Part shown: piece by piece, positions 57,683 to 64,000 of the stretch
How positions within the stretch are numbered: the first letter of the stretch is position 1
How the letters are laid out: each line of letters starts with the position of its first letter
NCBI GenBank assembly: GCA_005239675.1
Contig: SBBO01000020.1
Span: 13,627-77,626 of the forward strand
DNA from: Planctomycetales bacterium
Lineage (GTDB): Bacteria > Omnitrophota > Gorgyraeia > Zapsychrales > Zapsychraceae
Reading direction: 5' to 3'
DNA: 64,000 nucleotides
Program-made: the position numbers and the translations under genes
The notes under the pieces: generated by a model
The model's input: the letters and a program-made list of their open reading frames with translations, nothing else
What the model was told of the DNA's origin: nothing
The model's database searches: none

Positions 57683-58744
57683 TTGAAGACACAGATATTA
57701 GAAGCCCATCCCCAGTTTCCTGAAGCCAAAACGATAGCGTATTGCGCGCAGATCATTCGTAGGGGAGGGCTCGTTGTTTTTCCTACGGAGACGGTTTATG
57801 GTCTGGGGGCGAATCTCGCCAATGAGACGGCGATGCAGCGTCTGCGGGAGGTCAAAAGGCGTGATCCTGGCAAACCATTTTCTATCCTTATCGCGCAGAT
57901 CGGGCTTATCTCTAATTACACATCTACCATGGATACGAATTTGTACAAGGTAATTGATGCGTATTGGCCGGGACCTTTGACAGTGGTGGTACCGGCCAAG
58001 GAGCCAGGACAGACGATCGGTGTACGCATGCCGGATCATCCGATTGCGTTACGGCTGGTGCAAGAGTCTCAGTGCACCATTGCCGCACCATCGGCAAATT
58101 TCGAAGGGAATCCCGCGCCAACGACGTGTCAGGAGGCATTGCAGGATTTAAATGGCCTGGTTGATGTGGCCATTGACGGCGGGCCAGCTAAGATCGGCAT
58201 CGGATCTTCCGTCGTTGACATGGCGCATGGCATCCCCAAGGTTTTGCGCCAGGGTGTCATCACCCAAGAGGACCTCGACCGCGTTGTCCAGAAAAAGACC
58301 ATCCTTTTTGTGTGCACGGGTAATAGCTGCCGGTCGGTCATGGCGCAATACCTTTTGCGCAGCATGCTTGCCGGAAGAAAGGACGTAGAGGTGCTTTCCG
58401 CGGGGACTGGGGTGTTTTTTCAGACAACGGCCAGTGCAGAGACCATTGCCGTGCTCAAGGAAGATGGGATCGATGCCTCTCAACATATATCCACGGCCAT
58501 TAATTCGATTCTTTTGAAAAAATCAGATTTGATTTTCGTGATGACGCGTAATCACCATCAGCAAGTCCTGGACCGCGTGCCGCAGGTCGAACAAAAGGTA
58601 TACCTTTTAAGGGAATTTATTGATACGCCCGCGGGCCTTGTGGATAGCGATGTGCCAGATCCCATTGGCCAGCCGCACTACGCGTATAAGGAGTGCCTGG
58701 CGATCATCAAAGAGGCCATACACAAGATTGTTGGGTTGATTTAA
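57683..58744 (+). CDS. tsaC: Threonylcarbamoyl-AMP synthase (TsaC/Sua5) fused to an LMW protein (Arg/Tyr) phosphatase
   Basis: FPTETVYGL, WPGPLT, PSAN, then FVCTGNSCRS and VPDPIG. Confidence 0.9.
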   Translation: MKTQILEAHPQFPEAKTIAYCAQIIRRGGLVVFPTETVYGLGANLANETAMQRLREVKRRDPGKPFSILIAQIGLISNYTSTMDTNLYKVIDAYWPGPLTVVVPAKEPGQTIGVRMPDHPIALRLVQESQCTIAAPSANFEGNPAPTTCQEALQDLNGLVDVAIDGGPAKIGIGSSVVDMAHGIPKVLRQGVITQEDLDRVVQKKTILFVCTGNSCRSVMAQYLLRSMLAGRKDVEVLSAGTGVFFQTTASAETIAVLKEDGIDASQHISTAINSILLKKSDLIFVMTRNHHQQVLDRVPQVEQKVYLLREFIDTPAGLVDSDVPDPIGQPHYAYKECLAIIKEAIHKIVGLI

Positions 58745-58745
58745 G

Positions 58746-59207
58746 ATGACATCGAAAGTTTTTATCGGCGCGGACCATCGGGGATTTTCGCTTAAAAGCA
58801 AAATCATTGAGCTGTTGGGCCGTTGGGGGCATTGTGTTGAAGATATGGGCACCTTTGATGAGGACCAGCCTTGCGATTATCCACAAGTGGCGCACAAGGT
58901 TGCCCGGGCAGTCGCAAAGACCAAAGGCAGTCGTGGGATTCTGATGTGTATGTCTGGCATCGGCCAGACGATTGCGGCTAACAAGGTCCCTGGGGCGTAT
59001 GCCGCTCTTTGTTATAATGCTACGGCTGCCGCCCTATCCCGTCAGCATAATAATGCAAATATTTTGGTGCTTGGCGCGAAATTTGTTAAGTCGAAGGAAA
59101 TCCCTAAGATTTTAAATGCTTGGTTTGCTAGCGATTTTGAGGGCGGCCGCCACCAGCGGCGGTTTGAACAAATCAAGAAAATAGAAAAAGGACAGTTAAG
59201 CAATTGA
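58746..59207 (+). CDS. rpiB: Ribose-5-phosphate isomerase B
   Basis: DHRG, DYP, C.SGIG, ANK, HNNAN, FEGGRH. Confidence 0.95.
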   Translation: MTSKVFIGADHRGFSLKSKIIELLGRWGHCVEDMGTFDEDQPCDYPQVAHKVARAVAKTKGSRGILMCMSGIGQTIAANKVPGAYAALCYNATAAALSRQHNNANILVLGAKFVKSKEIPKILNAWFASDFEGGRHQRRFEQIKKIEKGQLSN

Positions 59208-59245
59208 ATAGAGGGACAATGAATCCAACCGTAGAAAGAAGGAAA

Positions 59246-60499
59246 ATGATGCAACATCTCAAAGAAACCGATCCAGCTATTTATAAAGCGATCCAGGATG
59301 AGCTCGAGCGTGAGCAGAATAATCTCGAACTAATCGCCTCAGAGAACATCGTTTCAGAGGCGGTCTTGGAGGCGCAAGGATGTTTAATGACCAATAAATA
59401 TGCCGAAGGGTACCCGGCTGCGCGTTGGTATGGTGGATGTGAACATGTTGATGCGGTTGAACAATTAGCTATTGACCGTGCCAAGCAGCTTTTCGGTGCA
59501 GAGTATGTCAACGTCCAGCCGCATTCGGGTTCCCAGGCCAACATGGCCGTGTATCTGGCTGCCCTAGAATATGGGGATACCGTGTTGGCCATGGATTTGG
59601 CCTGTGGTGGGCATCTGACGCATGGTCTTAAGATCAATTTTTCTGGCCGGTCGTACAATTTTGTCACGTATAAAGTTAATCGCCAAACGGAGATGTTGGA
59701 TTACGGTGAGATCCAGGCCCTCGCTAAAGAACATAAACCAAAACTAATTGTCTGCGGCGCCTCTGCCTATTCGCGGATAATTGATTTCAAGAAGTTTAGA
59801 GAAATCTGTGATACCGTGGGGGCGCTTCTTTTCGTTGACATGGCGCATATTGCGGGATTGGTCGCGGCGGGAATGCATCCGAATCCGGTGCTTTATGCGG
59901 AATTTGTGACAACAACGACCCACAAGACTCTGCGGGGTCCCCGTGGGGGGATGATTCTTTGCCGTCAGGAGTTTGCCAAGAAAATCAATTCGGTTGTTTT
60001 CCCTGGTATCCAAGGAGGGCCCTTGATGCACGTGATCGCGGCCAAGGCCGTGTCGTTCAGGGAGGCCTTGACGAAAGAATTCCAAGAGTATCAACAGCAG
60101 ATTGTCAAGAATGCTCAGGCCTTTGCCAAAGAAATGGCCCGGCTTGGCTATCGTATTGTCACTGGAGGCACAGATAATCATTTGTTTATGGTGGATCTGC
60201 GTTCCAAGAACACAACCGGCAAGGAGACCGCGGCGGTCTTGGATAGGGTGGGCATTACGGTTAATAAAAATTTAATTCCCTTCGACCCGCAGCCGCCTGT
60301 CGTTACCAGCGGCATCCGGATAGGTACCCCGGCAGTCACGACCCGCGGGATGAAGGAAAGACAAATGCAGGAAATTGCTGGTCTCATCGACCAGACCATT
60401 CTGGGCAAAGACAATGAGGGCAAATTGGCGAAGATCAAGACCTGCGTGCATGAATTGACCGAGCAGTTTCCGATCTATAGAGATTTATTTTTAAGATGA
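59246..60499 (+). CDS. glyA: Serine hydroxymethyltransferase (start probably ATG 59246/59249)
   Basis: [34 protein letters not shown]. Confidence 0.97.
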   Translation: MMQHLKETDPAIYKAIQDELEREQNNLELIASENIVSEAVLEAQGCLMTNKYAEGYPAARWYGGCEHVDAVEQLAIDRAKQLFGAEYVNVQPHSGSQANMAVYLAALEYGDTVLAMDLACGGHLTHGLKINFSGRSYNFVTYKVNRQTEMLDYGEIQALAKEHKPKLIVCGASAYSRIIDFKKFREICDTVGALLFVDMAHIAGLVAAGMHPNPVLYAEFVTTTTHKTLRGPRGGMILCRQEFAKKINSVVFPGIQGGPLMHVIAAKAVSFREALTKEFQEYQQQIVKNAQAFAKEMARLGYRIVTGGTDNHLFMVDLRSKNTTGKETAAVLDRVGITVNKNLIPFDPQPPVVTSGIRIGTPAVTTRGMKERQMQEIAGLIDQTILGKDNEGKLAKIKTCVHELTEQFPIYRDLFLR

Positions 60500-61008
60500 A
60501 ATGCCCGTCCTGCGGATATTCAGAGACAAAGGTCATTGATTCACGGCTCAATAGTGACGGGACCTCGATTCGCCGCCGGCGGGAATGCCTGAAATGTGAA
60601 AAGCGTTTTACCACATACGAATACATTGAAACGGTGCCGTTCTTGGTTGTCAAGCGTGATGGTCGTCGTCAGTATTTTGACCGCAAGAAGATCATTGCAG
60701 GGCTGATAAAGGCCTGCGAAAAACGGCCTGTCAGTCTTGATCGAATAGAGGAGATCACTAGCGATATTGAGCGGGTTATTCAACGTCAATACGACCGTGA
60801 GGTTAATTCCAAAGAAATTGGGGAATTGATTATGGGGAAGCTGGTGGATTTAGATGAGGTTGCCTATGTTCGGTTTGCCTCTGTGTACCGACAGTTTCGT
60901 GACGTAAACCAGTTTATGAACGAGCTTCAGGGTATGCTTAAGAAGGAGCCTCCTTACCAGCAGATGGTTTATCCCAGAAGGCGAACCAAGAAAGGTGGCG
61001 ATGGATGA
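60496..61008 (+). CDS. nrdR: Transcriptional repressor NrdR
   Basis: MKCP.C, RRRREC..C..RFTTYE, ATP cone, AYVRFASVY. Confidence 0.97.
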   Translation: MKCPSCGYSETKVIDSRLNSDGTSIRRRRECLKCEKRFTTYEYIETVPFLVVKRDGRRQYFDRKKIIAGLIKACEKRPVSLDRIEEITSDIERVIQRQYDREVNSKEIGELIMGKLVDLDEVAYVRFASVYRQFRDVNQFMNELQGMLKKEPPYQQMVYPRRRTKKGGDG

Positions 61009-61412
61009 TTCAAGTAGAATTAAGTAAGATTATTATCGATGAAAAAAGACAGGACCAGGTCATTGTCTTGAAAGAGAAACACGGCGAACGCCAGCTGCCG
61101 ATCGTAATCGGCTTTCTAGAGGCCTCCAGCATCAAGATGAAGCTCTCCGGTATTGAGCCGCCCCGGCCGATGACGCACGATCTCATCGTTGCAATCTTCC
61201 AAGGACTCGAGGCCAAACTTTCAAGATTAATCATCGACAAGATGATCGCCAACACCTTCCACGCTAAGTTGGAGTTCAGGATTAAAAATGGGGAAATCAG
61301 GTTTATCGATGCGCGTCCTTCCGATGGAGTTGCCCTTGCGGTACGCACTGGTGCACCGATCTTTATTGAGGAAGATGTCCTTAAGAAAGCGGCCATCATC
61401 AAAATAGAGTAA
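61005..61412 (+). CDS. DUF151 bifunctional nuclease family protein
   Basis: LPIVIG..EA, RPMTHDL, IDARPSD.VALA. Confidence 0.92.
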   Translation: MIQVELSKIIIDEKRQDQVIVLKEKHGERQLPIVIGFLEASSIKMKLSGIEPPRPMTHDLIVAIFQGLEAKLSRLIIDKMIANTFHAKLEFRIKNGEIRFIDARPSDGVALAVRTGAPIFIEEDVLKKAAIIKIE

Positions 61413-61413
61413 T

Positions 61414-62886
61414 ATGTCTCTCTTGAAAGACTACCCTTTCATACAAGTTATTCAGGACATTGCCAGACACCGCAAGGTGGCCGTGTATCTGGTGGGTGGA
61501 TTTCTACGTGATTATCTGCTCGGCGCAGATCACGCCGGATCCGGGTCCTTAAACCCTATGTGTTTTAAGGATTTTGATTTTGCTGTTGAAAAAGAGGCCC
61601 TCAGCTTCGCTCGTCTTTTTGCCCGGAAGATCCGTGGGGCTTATGTCCTTTTAGACAAGGAGCGTGGCTGTGCGCGCGTCGTGCACCAGTGCCTTGGCCA
61701 AACTAGTATCTGCGATTTTGCCGATTTCAGGGCACACCCTTTCGCCAAGGACTTGGCACACCGTGATTTTACAATTAATACTTTGTCTATTGATGTGCAT
61801 AAGCTTGAGCGTTCCACCGCTATCACCGATGCCTTGGCCGATTATAAAGATGGGATCAAGGACCTGCGAGCCAAGCGCATCCGCCGGGTCTCAGTTAAGG
61901 CATTCCGGGAGGATCCACTACGCCTATTACGGGCCTTTGGCCTTTGCGCAGTATTGGGTTTCAAGGTTGAACGTGTCACCTTGACCCAGATCCATCGGGA
62001 AAAGGATTTATTGCGTGATGCCTCCTATGAACGCATTCGTGATGAACTGTTTAAGATTCTCACAACCAATCGAGCAGCTGCAACCCTTAAGGCCATGGAC
62101 AAGGTTGGATTATTGGAAAAGATCATCCCGCAGGTGAAGGTAATGTACGCCTGCGCCCAGGGACCATATCACCATCTGAACGTCTGGCGCCATACCTTGG
62201 AGGCGGTTGTCCAGTTTGAAGATGTTATCACCCAGACTAACGGCCAGGCCCAAGTTGTTGATTATCTTAATGAATCCTTGGGAGGCAATCGTCCGCGTCG
62301 GGCGCTTTTAAAATTGGCGTTACTGTTGCATGATATCGGCAAGCCCCAGACGCGCCGTCAAGAAAAGGGGCGCATGACGTTTTACGGACACGAACGCGTC
62401 GGCAAGAATATCACCACCCACATCGCCCGCATGCTGAAACTCTCGGTGCGCGAGCGCCACGCCCTCGAGGACATGGTCCTCTGGCATCTGCGTCCTGGCT
62501 ATTTGTCTAATTTCCGCAAGCCAAGCGAGAAGGCCATCTACCGATATTTTCGTGACACTAAACAGGAAGCTGTAGGAATTTCATTACTGTCGCTCGCCGA
62601 TCAACGGGCAACACGGGGACCCTTGACAACAGCGCACGATCAAAGGCATCATGAACGGATCTGTCTTAATTTGGTGCAGCGGTATTTTGACAAGAAAAAG
62701 GAAAGACCATTCGTACGTCTTATTAACGGCCATGAGGTGATGCGACGTTGGCGCTTGTCGCCATCGCCTTTAATCGGCAAGATTCTTCGGGAAGTGGCGG
62801 AAGGGCAGGCATTGGGCAAGATCCACACCAAAGAAGAGGCGCTCGTCTTAGCGGGCAGGATAGTGCACAAAGGCAAGTTGCCATGA
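61414..62886 (+). CDS. Class II nucleotidyltransferase (CCA-adding/poly(A) polymerase family) with HD domain
   Basis: VGGFLRD, DFDF, RDFTIN, DPLRLLR, ERI..E, LLHDIGK. Confidence 0.88.
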   Translation: MSLLKDYPFIQVIQDIARHRKVAVYLVGGFLRDYLLGADHAGSGSLNPMCFKDFDFAVEKEALSFARLFARKIRGAYVLLDKERGCARVVHQCLGQTSICDFADFRAHPFAKDLAHRDFTINTLSIDVHKLERSTAITDALADYKDGIKDLRAKRIRRVSVKAFREDPLRLLRAFGLCAVLGFKVERVTLTQIHREKDLLRDASYERIRDELFKILTTNRAAATLKAMDKVGLLEKIIPQVKVMYACAQGPYHHLNVWRHTLEAVVQFEDVITQTNGQAQVVDYLNESLGGNRPRRALLKLALLLHDIGKPQTRRQEKGRMTFYGHERVGKNITTHIARMLKLSVRERHALEDMVLWHLRPGYLSNFRKPSEKAIYRYFRDTKQEAVGISLLSLADQRATRGPLTTAHDQRHHERICLNLVQRYFDKKKERPFVRLINGHEVMRRWRLSPSPLIGKILREVAEGQALGKIHTKEEALVLAGRIVHKGKLP

Positions 62887-63821
62887 GGATCAAAGATATC
62901 GAGGTCAAGATACTACGCAATGATATCACACAGTTGGACGTGGATGCCATTGTTGTAGCAGCCAACAGTCGCTTGACCATGGAAGGAGGGTTAGCGGCAT
63001 TCATTAAGAAGGAAGGCGGTCCGGCCATTGAAGAGGAGGCTATGTCCAAAGGGCCTGTCGCGCAAGGAACCGTGGTGAAGACCAAGGCCGGGGGATTGAA
63101 GACCAAATACATTCTACATGCCGTTATCCAAGAAGGGGATGAACCGGCACAAGAGGAGGTCCTGCGTAAGGCGGTTGCCTGTGCCCTTAGGTGCGCTAAA
63201 GAGCATCACATGCGGTCGCTTATGTTTCCAGCTCTAAACTGCGACAACGGTGAGTTTTCGCCAATCGGTGCGGCCAAGATCATGGTCCAGGAAGTGATGA
63301 AATGTGCCCGAGATCCCCAGATGACAGTGCGCGAGGTCGTCTTTTGCTTGTATGACGAAGAAACTTTCCGTACGTTTGATCGTACCATTCGTGGCTATAT
63401 TAGCCATATGATCAATGATTTAGGTTTTGGCCCTTATGCGACGGTTGATATTATCATTGAATATGAAGGGGGCGTCATTCTTGTTGAGCGTTCAAACCCT
63501 CCGTACGGTTGGGCCCTACCAGGTGGATTTGTTGAATATGGAGAAAGCCTGGAGCAAGCCGCGGTGCGCGGGGTCAAGGAGGAGACGAATTTGGATCTGG
63601 CGGATTTGCGGCAGTTCCACACCTATTCGGCACCAGGCCGCGATCCGCGTTTTCATACGATTTCAACGATCTTCATCGCCGATGGTATCGGCAAGCCAAT
63701 CCCTGGCGACGATGCGGCCAACGTGAAGATCGTGCGATACGAAGACCTCCTGCAAGGCAATTACGCCTTTGACCACAAAGAGATCCTTGAGGAGTATCTG
63801 GTGGAAAAGGATTTAGATTAA
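62883..63821 (+). CDS. Macro domain-Nudix hydrolase fusion (start reassigned to ATG 62883)
   Basis: DIT..DVDAIV.AAN...GG, ILHAV, FPAL macro motifs; WALPGGFVEYGE..KEET, RDPR Nudix. Confidence 0.88.
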   Translation: MRIKDIEVKILRNDITQLDVDAIVVAANSRLTMEGGLAAFIKKEGGPAIEEEAMSKGPVAQGTVVKTKAGGLKTKYILHAVIQEGDEPAQEEVLRKAVACALRCAKEHHMRSLMFPALNCDNGEFSPIGAAKIMVQEVMKCARDPQMTVREVVFCLYDEETFRTFDRTIRGYISHMINDLGFGPYATVDIIIEYEGGVILVERSNPPYGWALPGGFVEYGESLEQAAVRGVKEETNLDLADLRQFHTYSAPGRDPRFHTISTIFIADGIGKPIPGDDAANVKIVRYEDLLQGNYAFDHKEILEEYLVEKDLD

Positions 63822-63830
63822 GAGGGCCAT

Positions 63831-64000
63831 GTGCAATTGTACAAACTCTCCAAAGTCGTCTTGCGCGTTCGAAATAATCCTGCCTCATTTTTAAATGGCC
63901 TCACGACCAACACTTTAGAGCAGTCCCGCAACGCCTTTGTTAATGTCCACGGCCGCATCGTCGCCACTTTTGACCAAGTCAAGATCAGCGAAGATGAATG
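63831..64000 (+). CDS. YgfZ/GcvT-like folate-binding protein, 3'-truncated by window edge
   Basis: GTG start; FLNGLTTN...NAFVNVHGRIVA. Confidence 0.65.
   Translation, partial: MQLYKLSKVVLRVRNNPASFLNGLTTNTLEQSRNAFVNVHGRIVATFDQVKISEDE

Overview
A gene-dense housekeeping region of a bacterial chromosome, almost entirely on the + strand. Gene content and protein style suggest a PVC-related lineage such as Ca. Omnitrophota, but this is inference only. In order: (1) the 3' part of a dcw cluster (murE-murF-mraY-murD-ftsW-murG-[zinc peptidase]-murC-ddl-ftsQ-ftsA), with no murB or ftsZ at their usual positions; (2) ComEC-like MBL, VanZ-like and class V aminotransferase genes, an orphan leuC and gltBD; (3) a ~2.6 kb AT-richer islet holding a SulP/STAS remnant, an SGNH hydrolase, a GDCCVxC protein, a TIR-bounded MITE-like element, a tRNA-like structured RNA, an SPFH/band-7 gene and a miaB 5' remnant; (4) miaB, nadA, comM (apparent ATC start), DUF212, a LysM L,D-transpeptidase, accA, rlmN, tRNA-Leu(CAA) and tRNA-Ala(GGC); (5) iscS-birA-bioF-bioH-bioC-bioD/A fusion-mnmA-pgi-tatAC-hemW and a polyprenyl synthase; (6) a purine cluster (purB, C, SL, LOG, Q, M, D, E) followed by a tsaC-LMW phosphatase fusion, rpiB, glyA, nrdR, DUF151, an HD nucleotidyltransferase, a Macro-Nudix fusion and a partial ygfZ-like gene. 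The two most notable signals are a degenerate tRNA mimic plus an 83-nt hairpin directly upstream of the SPFH gene, and a recurring pattern in which short apparent in-frame peptide insertions or tails in core proteins (MurC, MurD, FtsA, VanZ-like, BioC, BioD, PurL, nucleotidyltransferase, TatC, GltB, PurD) are encoded by hairpin palindromes. All structure calls were made by eye. No database searches were run.
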